DNA of 64,000 nucleotides from Basidiobolus meristosporus CBS 931.73 (lineage: Eukaryota > Fungi > Basidiobolomycota), in NCBI GenBank assembly GCA_002104905.1, contig MCFE01000495.1, forward strand, positions 1 to 64,000, read 5' to 3'. The notes beneath the pieces are model-generated. The model did no database searches. It was not told the DNA's origin and saw only the letters and a list, made by a program, of their open reading frames with translations. A program made the position numbers and the translations under genes. Positions 38,601-48,906 of this stretch are shown one piece after another (position 1 is the first letter of the stretch; each line of letters starts with the position of its first letter).

Positions 38601-40241
38601 ATTGGCTATTGCAGCCAAACATAAGTTTCTTATTCATCAAATGGATGTAAAAACTGCATATTGAGTGGAAAAATTGATGAGGATGTGTATATGGACCAGC
38701 CTGATGGGTTTGTTGACCAACATAACCCCCACTTGGTCTGCAAGCTGAAAAAGGTTCTGTATGGTCTCAAGTAATAACCCAGTGCCTGGAATTGCAAGAT
38801 AGATTCTTATTTGGAATCTCTGAGTTTCAAAAGGAGTAATGCTGACTATAGTATATACAATAAGCCAGATAGAGCAAATCCAGTTCTGTTAGCTCTATAT
38901 GTGAATGATCTTATTATAGCTGCCAATAACCTAGAAACATTGGAAGAGACTAAATCCAGCCTATCTAAGGAGTTCAAGATGTCCAATCTAGGAGAACTCT
39001 GTTACTACTTAGGGATTCAGTTATCCATAGACAGAAGTACCCAGACTATCACCCTAAACCAATCCAAGTATATTCAAAATATACTAAAGAAGTACCAAAT
39101 GGAAGACTGTAAACCAGCAGCTACCGCAATGGAGATAAACCTTAACTTGGTCAAAACTGCAACCAAATCAAGAGAGCTTGGTGCCATCAGAAAGCTCTGA
39201 CTTTCCTTATCAATCTTTAGTTGGCAGTCTGATGTATATCATGCTTGGAACACGTCCAGATATCTCATATTAAGTGGGAGTTGTCAGCCAACATAATCAG
39301 AACTATGGATCTGAGCATATTACAGTAGTTAAGCGCATTTTTAGATACTTAAGAGGACCTGCTGATATCTACCTAGGTACACCCATAAGGATTCTAAGAC
39401 AAGATCTTATGGGATACTCTGGTGCTGATTGGGCACAAAACTTAGAAGATAGAAGATTCACCTCAGGATATGCCTTTCTTTTCTGTAAAGGAGCAATTTC
39501 ATGGAACTCTATAAAAGCAACCAATCATAGCATTTTCTACCACTGAGGCAGAGTATATGGCAGCCTGTGGAGTCACAAAAGAAGCAATATGGCTAAGAAA
39601 GCTTTTTAAGGCTTAGGCTTATGTCAAAAAATCCTTAATACTTTAGTGCAAGATAATTAAGGATATATGCAATTAGGTAGAGATCCAACTTTTGCATACT
39701 AGAACTAAGCACATCAGATATTAGACATCATTTCATATGTGAGGCTATCAGAGAATGACTTGATTAGCTAGCTTAGCGTCCTACAAATGAAATGAATGCA
39801 GATATAGTTACCAAACCATTAGCTAGAGAGAATTTGATTACCTTTGATTAAAATTAGGACTAGTCAGTGTACAGCATTTAGTTGAGTAGGAGTGTTGTAA
39901 ATATTTGTAATTCCACCTAAATATTCACTCAACTTAGTCACTTATATCATTACCTTCAAATATTGGAGAATACTGACCAAATTCCTTGTTGGAATTTACT
40001 TAGAATATTTCTGCCAATATATCAGGTACCCAGAACATGAAAATTCTCAAAGTTGTCCAAACAGCTCCAAACCTTGCACACATCTTTTTGAGACCTTCCT
40101 ATATCTACTCTACATGTTTTTTATGCCAAGACCATGTAAAAGTATAGAAACTACTTTTACATTCAATAAATAATTGATTGAACAATACATTATCAACTTG
40201 TTCTCCCAATCACTTTCAATATCTTCAAGACTCTTACAACA
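35679..40241 (+). mobile_element. Degenerate Ty1/copia element (LTRs 35679-36027 and 39893-40241)
   Basis: All copia domains present as fragments; deletion of roughly 110 bp near 38415; LTR end TTACAACA at 40241. Confidence 0.93.
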
Positions 40242-41136
40242 GATATCTCATATTCAGCAGGAATTGTCAACTGGCATAAGTGAAACTGAATTAGATATGA
40301 TGATGCAACTGGGCAGATTTTTGGCCAGATTCAGTTACAAGGGATTGATCCATACTTCCCTGACATAAGATAGTATAGCTGATTGAGCACCTAATTGAGT
40401 GCAGCTTCACAGAAAATGTCAATGAAGGATCTAGCAGTGGGAGAGATGGGCAACCATAACACAACAAGGATCAAAGGGGTGTAGGGTTGGAGAATCAACA
40501 CCAGTTTTTATTGAATACCAGGGGAGGGCTAGGGCTAGGGCTAGGGCAAAGGCGAGGGCTAGGTGGTTTCAACCTAATAGGATCTTATGGATATTCTGTA
40601 AGCGCGGAGCATACCACGGATGCTCCCAAAGCATCACCCTTCCGGAAGGGCCACCAAAACTTGGGATTCCCATATCTTTACAATTGGACGCCACTTCTTC
40701 ACTTTTCACCCCCAAATTACCTTACCATGTGGCAAGCGCCACCGGTAGTTTCAAACACTGCGAGTTGTATACCTGGCGCAAACGAACCTCCGTCATATTG
40801 GCAGGGATTTCATTTCCAACGATATGACAGCATGAAGAGAATGGTTGGCCAGCGCCGATCCTAATCCTAACCTTAACCCTAGCCCCAACTTACTGTAAGA
40901 GATAGGCGATCACAGTTCATCAGGAACACGTTGATCTTGGCCTGTTCGCTTCTACGGAATTGACCAGCAGAGCTCCAAAAATCTCTCTGGTTACCACATC
41001 CCCCCAGGCCAATCAGGACAGATGCTGGTGGGATCCCAAGCCTTTCGTCTACAATCCAATTACCAATGCCTATCATTGATTGGTGGTCTATTGGGTCCGG
41101 TTGAACCGAAAATCCATGGTGTCCAGTGGCAAAAGT

Positions 41137-41209
41137 CGATCCAGGTGGGGGTCGAACCCACGACTTTCTCCTCCGGAGGGAGACACTCTTTCCACTGAGC
41201 TACAGGACC
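41137..41209 (-). tRNA. tRNA-Arg(CCG), intronless
   Basis: 73-nt cloverleaf GGTCCTG TA GCTC-AGTGGAAA-GAGT G TCTCC-CTCCGGA-GGAGA AAGTC GTGGG-TTCGACC-CCCAC CTGGATC G. One T:T mismatch in the acceptor stem. TTTT terminator follows. Confidence 0.92.
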
Positions 41210-41377
41210 ATCCTGATCTTTACATCGGGAAACCCCCCCCCCAACCAATCCAACCCACCTTCCGTAGTTCGAATCAACGTCAGTCGGTCGGATTGGATAT
41301 TAAGATGATAGTAGTGATTGATATGTACACTTCACTTCTACTTTTCGTTGAGTTGGTCAATACAGGCAGGAAAGCAG

Positions 41378-41770
41378 ATGATGGTACTATCATTAGGACA
41401 ATTACTTTACTTCACTTTGTTTATGGTCAACGGACTGGCCATTCTTAACGAGGAGCGTTTCCTTGCTCGTGGTAAGTGGCCTCTCATCGCGAACTTTGAT
41501 CAACCCCCACCCTCGGTACTAACAATCAACTCTCGCCCTCAGTCGGTTGGGGAAAAGTGGAGCCCACGTTCGGCGGAGATCCAAACCAGAGCATCAAAGC
41601 CAAATTGATCAACCTGATCTCGGCAGTTCGCACCCTCTTGAGAAGTAAGTGACCTTAGCAAACGTTCCTCGGTCGGTCGGAGCTAACCATGCATTGTCTT
41701 TGCCACCTAACCAGTCCCGCTCATCGTACTCAACCTACTGGTCATCGTGTACGAGCTTCTCCTTGGATAG
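41378..41770 (+). CDS. YOS1: Yos1/IER3IP1-family ER-Golgi transport protein, 83 aa; exons 41378-41471, 41543-41644, 41715-41770
   Basis: Spliced product MMVLSLGQLLYFTLFMVNGLAILNEERFLARVGWG...SIKAKLINLISAVRTLLRIPLIVLNLLVIVYELLLG. GTAAGT donors, TACTAAC/CTAAC branch points, CAG acceptors. Confidence 0.95.
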
Positions 41771-42541
41771 AGCTGTCTAGTCATCTAGGCCAAACCTTAG
41801 CCAATCATACGCCCATATGTAAACCTACTTTCTTCCACTCTTCTGTGCCGGGTTTTGATTCGGGGAAATAAAGTTCACCCCTCACTTTGCCACTGACACC
41901 ACACCACGGTTGCGGCTTTCGATGCTTTCTTCAGTTCGTTGGATCCGCCCTGTCTCTCACCCACAGAGGCGCGGGCCAGATCGGGCGACACGTTTGTTAC
42001 GTACGATCTATGGATGTTGTGGGACCTGCTATCTTCATCACCCAGACAATGGATAGCAGTTCTAGAGAAACTCGACTCACCCCGTGAATTCCTGGATCAA
42101 TTTGAAACCACCACCATCACCATCATCATTACTGCCACCGTGATCAAAGTGATGGCTTGTTTCATGCAGCCGCCATGTCAGCGACATGATTCGGCGGTGG
42201 CGAAAACTGGTTGTCGATGCAGTAGAATTTTCCGGATACCACTCACGGACTCCCTTGAGAAATTCCCCTTTTTCCCAATGCATCCACTCCCCCCCCCCTA
42301 TACCACAACCCTAACCCTACGGGTTGGAGCCCCTTGGATCTAGCTAACACTACAACCTCCCAGGTGCTTGACGTGAGTGATTTCGCTTTCCTTCACTTCA
42401 CACAAGCTTTAGGCCCTTGGTACGCGCATACGCACACTCCCCACAACCTGCTTAGCCCACCTCCCCCTTCCCCTTCCTCTTCCTCTTCCTCTTCCTCTTC
42501 CCAAACTCGCTCCCCTTGACCTCAGGAAACCTCGTTGTACG

Positions 42542-43147
42542 ATGAGTATGACCACGTTGAAAGTGAACAAGAAATTGTTCAAGTCCTGGTACGAAGTGAA
42601 GACCACGCACCAGGACGTGCTCTACAAGTACCAGCGCTCCCCCGAACATATCAACGAGGACGTGTTACTTCCGGTGGCCGGTGGCCTCGACGCGTGGAAG
42701 GTCACCACCTCCACCAACCTGGCCCACGCCCTGGTCACCAACCACCACCGCTCGCACCAGGTGGCGGTGACGTTTGAGTTCGAGCTGTTCCGCTCGGTCT
42801 TCGACTTCGAGAAGGACCGGTTCTTCTGGATCCTGGAACCGGACGACACCGCACGTCTGTACAAGAACCGGAAGGAGAGGGTGGCCAGCCTGCACGCCTC
42901 CTACCACACCTCGATCTCCGGCAGCGAGCTGGAGGTGGCCTCCGGTTTGGGGCCCGCGCTGCAGGCGGTCGTCATCTGCAGCGGCCTGAAAACGTTGCAA
43001 CTCATGGAGAACCAAGGAAGGACGTTCAGCGAGCTAAGAAGACGGTTGAAGTCCCAGGAACAGTTGCGGGAGGATGCGTTGACCGAGGGGACCATGATGG
43101 CTAGTGCCAGCAGTAATCTTGCCGGTAGTTTGACGTTTCTCATATAG
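42542..43147 (+). CDS. Uncharacterised protein (201-aa ORF; possibly the last exon of a longer gene)
   Basis: Strong C/G third-position bias. Polypyrimidine tract and CAG acceptor at 42525. C-terminal pattern (RVASLHA...GSELEV...ALQAVVICSGL) loosely recalls LURP-one/Tubby-C-like fungal proteins. Confidence 0.7.
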   Translation: MSMTTLKVNKKLFKSWYEVKTTHQDVLYKYQRSPEHINEDVLLPVAGGLDAWKVTTSTNLAHALVTNHHRSHQVAVTFEFELFRSVFDFEKDRFFWILEPDDTARLYKNRKERVASLHASYHTSISGSELEVASGLGPALQAVVICSGLKTLQLMENQGRTFSELRRRLKSQEQLREDALTEGTMMASASSNLAGSLTFLI

Positions 43148-43545
43148 GCTTATCCTCAGGTCACTCCCCCACCACCACCACCACCACATTGCTGTTCATA
43201 AGTAACCATCATTCATCATCCAATCCTCCAAGTGAGCATATACCGCTATGCCCCCAAGCCACCCTTCCCTTCCCCCACCAGAATCCCCATTAATCCCACC
43301 CCACCATGGTGGCCTACCTTTCCTGGACGAAACCCTAATCCTATCCAACAATAGAAGCGAACAATAAACCCAGGAATCCCGACCGATGAGCATTCGTGTA
43401 GCAAGCAATTTATTAAGATTAGTTGGATTAAGTGAAAGAACATTACAGGTATGCAGTATGTACTGAATGAGGGGGGACTATATATACATGGGTGATAGTG
43501 CTGAAGGGGGATGGGGAGCGGGAGCGGGGAGGTGGGGTTCCTCCA

Positions 43546-44646
43546 CTACTCGCTCACGTCTAAGTCGTCCCGGAGCTTCTCCTCGAAATGAACCATCATG
43601 GGGGCATCGATGGCGATGCACATCTCCTGGCTCTCGTCCAGGTCGAAGTCGGACAGTGTCTCGCTGGTGCTGTCAAGCGGGAGGTATCCATGGCGGCCTA
43701 CGTGGGTGGGCAATAACTCGGGAGTTCCCTTGAGGGGGCCGTCCCATTGGGGCGCGATGCGTCCCTTGTAAACGATGATGAAGCACACGAATGCGTAGAC
43801 GAAACCGCCTATCAGGTCGACCAGGTAATGATGACGTAGGTAGAGACACGCCCACCAGATCCAGGTGATGTAGAGAAGGTTGAATGGGATGAGGTAGGGT
43901 TTCAGATGGGCCAAGAATAGGTTGATCATCACGGCGCATCCGCTGTGCAAACTTGGGAACGCACCGAACACGAGTGGGGAGTTTCCAAACGTGTTTCCGT
44001 AGAGGTTCACATGCAGAATCTTGTCGATCCTGGCCAGACCCCCGGGCTCGCCGTGGATGGAATAGTTGGCGGGGTGGAGTCCATAGAGGTAGAGGTACCA
44101 TGGGGATGCGGTGGGGAACAGGAGCTGGGTGGTGACTCCAGCCAGATTCAGGTAGCCATAGGCCCGCACGAACTTGGGAAGCGTCCCTTTCGGGCCAAGG
44201 AAATACATCAACGGGATGGCGATGAACCCGTTGATGAAATGCAACACGCCGTACACAATCCAGGCCAGGATATCCTTCCAGTCCGAGGGATTGCTGGCCA
44301 GTTTGTCCGACAGGTTTCCGCCAAAGAGAAGCTCCTCAAGCTTAGGCAAAAGAGTGACGTTGATGCTGGGACGAAGGTGGGTGGGAATCCCGCCACAGGA
44401 GGTGAACAACGAGAGCCAGGCAAGCACAGGCAACGCAGGTCGAATGATCTCTCGTGAGCGAGGTACGAAGTAATACACAGCCCCACCAACTAACACTAGG
44501 GCGAGCTTCAACGTCCAGTGCAGTGAGCCCCAAACGAAGAACGGGGTGAAGGCAAGACATAGAAAGGGGATCTCAACGAAGGACAAATAAACCGACAGCT
44601 TGTCGAAAAAAAGGTAGTAGGCCGTGAGCAACGGCTTGAGGTCCAT
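43546..44646 (-). CDS. AUR1: Inositol phosphorylceramide synthase catalytic subunit (Aur1, PAP2 superfamily), about 366 aa
   Basis: Motifs LLFPTASPWY, GEPGGLARID, FGAFPSLHSG, LYLRHHYLVDLIGG; multiple TM segments. First ATG in the frame is at 44646. Confidence 0.93.
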   Translation of the reverse strand: MDLKPLLTAYYLFFDKLSVYLSFVEIPFLCLAFTPFFVWGSLHWTLKLALVLVGGAVYYFVPRSREIIRPALPVLAWLSLFTSCGGIPTHLRPSINVTLLPKLEELLFGGNLSDKLASNPSDWKDILAWIVYGVLHFINGFIAIPLMYFLGPKGTLPKFVRAYGYLNLAGVTTQLLFPTASPWYLYLYGLHPANYSIHGEPGGLARIDKILHVNLYGNTFGNSPLVFGAFPSLHSGCAVMINLFLAHLKPYLIPFNLLYITWIWWACLYLRHHYLVDLIGGFVYAFVCFIIVYKGRIAPQWDGPLKGTPELLPTHVGRHGYLPLDSTSETLSDFDLDESQEMCIAIDAPMMVHFEEKLRDDLDVSE

Positions 44647-45830
44647 GATGAGTAAGTAGTGGATGCGGGGGAGTGGTGTGACTGAGCCGCCTCGAGCGAT
44701 CATTAAATACTCTCCCTGGTGGTCCCATTCAACCGCGCAGCGTGTCGGGAAAACTTGCCGCTCCGGATTTGCCGAATCACATTTTCACGTTCACACCACG
44801 GCTCCCCTCGATCTCGCCAGATTCTCTGCTCGACCCATCAGCACAGTTGCCTTTTTCAAGAGCCATTTGATGGATTCGGCAATGATTGATTTGTCGCGGT
44901 TCCACCAGCACCAAATCATCCACCGATGCGACCGGAATATGGACTTCGAATCGAAAATGTAGGCGAGGTAATTCCGGATTCCATGAGCGATATCTGAGTG
45001 GATCAAATTACCCGGGATGAGGGAAGCAGATCCTATCGACCAATCCATACTTGGGATTGGGAACGCACTGAAAAAAAATTCAGACTACAATATTTCTCCA
45101 CATAGTCTTTTCGGACAGGGATAACTGATTTGATTGTATTGTCATCATTGAAATTTTAGATCAGTTCAGTCTGTGTTTCGAAACCGTGGACGTTTGATCG
45201 ATTTCAGACGCCCAAACCGCTCGACCACCTAACTTGATCTGCAAGGAGAACGATCATGTAGGTTATGTGGCTAACTATGATTTAGTCTTCGGACCTCATT
45301 GCCCAAGTATCTCCGTGGATCCCACTTCACCGCAGTCTATCAGATGACGGTTATTTTTTTGGAATATTGTCACACTTGGTGACGTAATGTCGTCATCGAA
45401 TTGCAAATGGTTTTAGGTGAAACCGTAGTAGATTTTTTTTGTTGCCATTAGTAACTTTGACGTAGAGGAGCATATGAAGAAATCCAGGTTGGTCTCGCAT
45501 TGAAGAAGGCATAGAGGCTACGCGGGGAGACGGGGACTAAACTTCAGCTAACCCACCCCAATCAGCGACGTCGCGGGCGAAAATTAGACCGCGCGTGGCC
45601 TGAGCCAATTCCTAGTGTCGGGAAGATGGGCTCTGGTTTTCATGGATCCAACCACTGGCATCTTCGTATCGGCCGACACTGCAGATAGCACCCTGCCGTG
45701 CCGAGCTCTGATTGCTGGAAGTTGGATGGCCGTTACTTTATTGACAGTAAGCGTAAATTTTATTGGGCTGTTGATATGATACATTGATGGGGAAGTTGCA
45801 TGGTCATATTTATATTGCGGCTCTATACTG

Positions 45831-47222
45831 TCATGGCTCGATGAGCCACGGATATGCATCAACCAAAGTGGGTTTAGGAATCTGACCTAAACTTTGATCA
45901 AGCAGGTGGATCAAGGATTCGATCTCGTTGATCTCCATGTCGTGGTTTTCATTCCAACTTTCCGCCATGTAGACGAGATAATTTTGCTCCAGCAGATGGC
46001 TCTGCTCCCAGAAGCAGCTCTGAAAACGCTTCACCGGCATGAACTCCAGGATAAGAGTGTTGGCGGAGGCGAAGCGACCGTTGTGCAGGGCGGAACCGTG
46101 GGGCGCAATGATGGCCCTCACGTTGCGGGAGAAGTATTCGGCAATCTCTTGGACGCTGGTGTAGTTCCGACGATCAAAGAGCACCAGCTGCTCCCCCAAG
46201 CCTCGCCTACGTAGTAACCCCTCCAACTCGTGCAGGAGTTTTTCCTCGTTCATGATTCTTCGGCCGCTGTTGGCGACGTCTCCATAGCTTCTGGACATGT
46301 ACAACACGACCTTTCGCTCGGATAGTGGTACCTTGTGAATATCCACACCCATCATTTCGGAGACCCGCTGAGTCGTGTACGGGTGGATCAACGGTGCTCT
46401 GCACGAGAAGATGAGGGTCTTCGCTGACTGCGCCTGTGTGATGCCCGGTTGGTAGTGATGATGATTTTTGACTCCCATCAAATTGTACATCTCGTCGACG
46501 AACGGAGAATTGGGTTTCCTGCCCGAGAGTACCGTGGCGTTGTCACGTGTCTCTTGATCCATTGCAAACAAAGATTGAGTCCAGACGACGGTGACTCTGT
46601 CTAGGAAGTGCTGCCAGCTCCAGGAGTCCGGGGAGGTTGCAACCACCAGGGTCTCGTGATCGTACTGTTGCTTTGCTTCACTTGACTTGGGATTCTCCAG
46701 GAAAGACTGGTGCGAAGCTCCAAAGCTCATGCAGGCTAGTGAACTCCAATCATCGGGGGGTGGGGACCCGGTGTACTGGGTGTTGCTAAAGACTAGATTT
46801 TGGGCGTTTGTGGTGGGGTAGTCGGCCCATTCCTTATCGTTACTCACCCTCATCCTATCCAGGTCGGCCACCGCATCTAACCATAGCGTTTTCTGCTGCT
46901 CAGAAATAAAGCGAGGGACCCTGAGACGAAACGACCTGTAAATCAATTCCTGGGCTTTAATCAGATTGGAGTCGGGCGTACGCTTTTGGATACACGGCGC
47001 AGAGTTTCTGTGTAGGCCATCAACACACTCATCAAGTATCAATGGGATCCAAGCGTCCGAATTTAAGCCAGAGTGATGGCTTCGTGAGGATGAGGGGCTG
47101 GCATATCTCCCGCCATTGGGTAGGATTGTGGTGCTGAAGGGCTCTCTACTCAGGGTGAAGTAAAGAACCACTGACGCCACCATCAGTAGTGGTATCGCAA
47201 GCTTTAACCGTCTTGGTGCCAT
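45831..47222 (-). CDS. Glycosyltransferase family 61 (DUF563)-like type II membrane protein, about 463 aa
   Basis: N-terminal anchor MAPRRLKLAIPLLMVASVVLYF. C-terminal VLYMSR and IIAPHGSALHNGRF...LILEFMP match the GT61 pattern. Confidence 0.8.
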   Translation of the reverse strand: MAPRRLKLAIPLLMVASVVLYFTLSREPFSTTILPNGGRYASPSSSRSHHSGLNSDAWIPLILDECVDGLHRNSAPCIQKRTPDSNLIKAQELIYRSFRLRVPRFISEQQKTLWLDAVADLDRMRVSNDKEWADYPTTNAQNLVFSNTQYTGSPPPDDWSSLACMSFGASHQSFLENPKSSEAKQQYDHETLVVATSPDSWSWQHFLDRVTVVWTQSLFAMDQETRDNATVLSGRKPNSPFVDEMYNLMGVKNHHHYQPGITQAQSAKTLIFSCRAPLIHPYTTQRVSEMMGVDIHKVPLSERKVVLYMSRSYGDVANSGRRIMNEEKLLHELEGLLRRRGLGEQLVLFDRRNYTSVQEIAEYFSRNVRAIIAPHGSALHNGRFASANTLILEFMPVKRFQSCFWEQSHLLEQNYLVYMAESWNENHDMEINEIESLIHLLDQSLGQIPKPTLVDAYPWLIEP

Positions 47223-47800
47223 GGAAATTCGGAGGTTATTTTGGCAGCTGGCCATTTTATATAGCCAAAGCTTCTAAACCGGTTGAGTTCCTTTGAAGAA
47301 TACTCTCCGGAAGCCACTTGCCCAATTCGGCGAACTCTGACCAGTTCGTCTACTAAAGAATAATCGTAATTTTCAGCCCCAAAGTGGGCAACACTATACC
47401 AAGGAGAAGTGTATTCCGGACTCACAATTTGTCTGTCAGACTAAGAATTACCAACTGGGTAATGAAAGAATTATATGCATCAATCAGTTACTCTATTAGC
47501 CGCTCGGGGGTAGAGTCTATTTATAGAGAGCTTTTAATATACAAGGCGGGTTTGTTTAGTAGTTTGTGAAATTAACTTATTATTGGCGATTAGTCAACGC
47601 TTAATACCTCTAGGTTGATTTAATTGTTGGAGCTAAATTCGACGGCTGATTCTGGATGTTCATGTATTAAGGTTACTCGTGTATATGTGGTTTTGTCTCG
47701 AGTGTTTTCAATAATGGCCAAATCAACGATCGAGTGAACAACGTTTATTGGGTATAACAGAAATGTTCTAGTATCTATAGTGCAGGAATCAGTTCTACCT

Positions 47801-48475
47801 CTAGTACTTGTATTTGCCATTACCATTACCATTGCCACTATAGTCATCGTAGTCACCTCCACCACCACCACCGCCATACTTCTTACCATGACCATTGCCG
47901 TCATAATCGTCGTAGTCACCGCCACCACCACCACCACCACCGTACTTCTTACCATGACCGTTGCCATCGTAGTCATCATAGTCACCGCCACCACCACCGC
48001 CATACTTCTTGCCGCGGCCATGACCGTCATAGTCGTCGTAGTCACCACCGCCACCACCACCATACTTCTTTCCTTTACCATGGCCATCATAGTCGTCATC
48101 ATAATCGCCGTCGCCACCACCACCGCCATACTTCTTTCCATGGCCATTGCCATCGTAGTCATCGTCGTAGTCACCACCACCACCACCGCCACCATACTTC
48201 TTTCCTTTACCATGGCCATCATAATCATCGTCGTAATCGCCACCACCACCACCGCCATATTTCTTTCCACGGCCGTTGCCGTCGTAGTCGTCGTCGTAGT
48301 CACCACCACCACCGCCGCCGCCATATTTCTTTCCATGGCCATTGCCATTGCCATCATAGTCATCATAGTCACCCACGCCTTTGTAGCCTGGGTCGTAAGA
48401 GCGTTCCATGACTGTAGCGTTGATGGCCAATGCAGCCGAGAGAACAACAAGAAGAGTAGCGCTGGAGTACTTCAT
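47801..48475 (-). CDS. Secreted Gly/Asp/Tyr/Lys repeat protein, copy A (224 aa, 8 KKY repeats)
   Basis: MKYSSATLLVVLSAALAINA signal peptide; repeats DYDD(D)YDG(N/H)G(H/K/R)GKKYGn; ends GKYKY. TATA-like TATATATA upstream; AATAAA downstream. Confidence 0.9.
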   Translation of the reverse strand: MKYSSATLLVVLSAALAINATVMERSYDPGYKGVGDYDDYDGNGNGHGKKYGGGGGGGDYDDDYDGNGRGKKYGGGGGGDYDDDYDGHGKGKKYGGGGGGGDYDDDYDGNGHGKKYGGGGGDGDYDDDYDGHGKGKKYGGGGGGDYDDYDGHGRGKKYGGGGGGDYDDYDGNGHGKKYGGGGGGGGDYDDYDGNGHGKKYGGGGGGGDYDDYSGNGNGNGKYKY

Positions 48476-48487
48476 ATTGAAAGCGTT

Positions 48488-48891
48488 GGAATGTCTTGCC
48501 ACAAGTAGCTATGAGGGATATATATACTATGGCCTGGATGTAGATCCATCCAGTGTAAGCTCCCCTTTGTGTGCAGTATCCTGCATTTCGAAGTGCTGGA
48601 GGCGTGATCGATCAGGATGGTACAGCTGGACAGGTTTCTTCAAATAAACCTTAACAAACACCTGAGTAGATGCTGAGAACCAATGAAGCTGTTAGGGGTG
48701 AGGAGTGTGGACCAAAACCCCATCGTCAGATTTGGTTGAAGTAACCTGTCCAGCTGTACCACCCTGATCGATCACGCCTCCAGCACTTCGAAATGCAGGA
48801 TACTGCACACAAAGGGGAGCTTACACTGGATGGATCTACATCCAGGCCATAGTATATATATCCCTCATAGCTACTTGTGGCAAGACATTCC
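48488..48891. repeat. Head-to-head palindrome: 155-bp promoter arms around the 100-bp segment X (48640-48739)
   Basis: 48488-48642 is the reverse complement of 48737-48891 with about 2 mismatches. Confidence 0.95.
48851..48862 (+). promoter_or_regulatory. TATA-like element of copy B (mirrored for A near 48517-48528; repeated for C near 49887-49898)
   Basis: AGTATATATATC about 45 bp upstream of the ATG, conserved in three copies. Confidence 0.55.
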
Positions 48892-48906
48892 GATTACTTC
48901 TCTAAC

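Noticed and set aside
14490-40241. Regularly recurring roughly 350-bp repeats as a CRISPR-like or satellite array
   Set aside because: They are LTRs with TG...CA ends, PBS, PPT and TSDs. There is no short repeat-spacer periodicity and the context is eukaryotic.
15957-40241. Classical CpA-type RIP as the cause of repeat decay
   Set aside because: The diagnostic differences I traced are at CpG, and CA/TG dinucleotides are abundant rather than depleted.
40487-41076. ORFs 40487-40864 (+) and 40879-41076 (-), with a GTAAGT donor near 40893
   Set aside because: No recognisable product and no consistent exon chain could be built.
41830-42343. Several overlapping 60-130 aa ORFs between YOS1 and the 42542 ORF, including a His-codon-like CAC/CAT run
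   Set aside because: No frame stands out by start context, codon bias or homology.
42455-42505. (CCTCTT)n tract giving an RGRGRG ORF on the minus strand
   Set aside because: A simple repeat, better explained as an intronic polypyrimidine tract.
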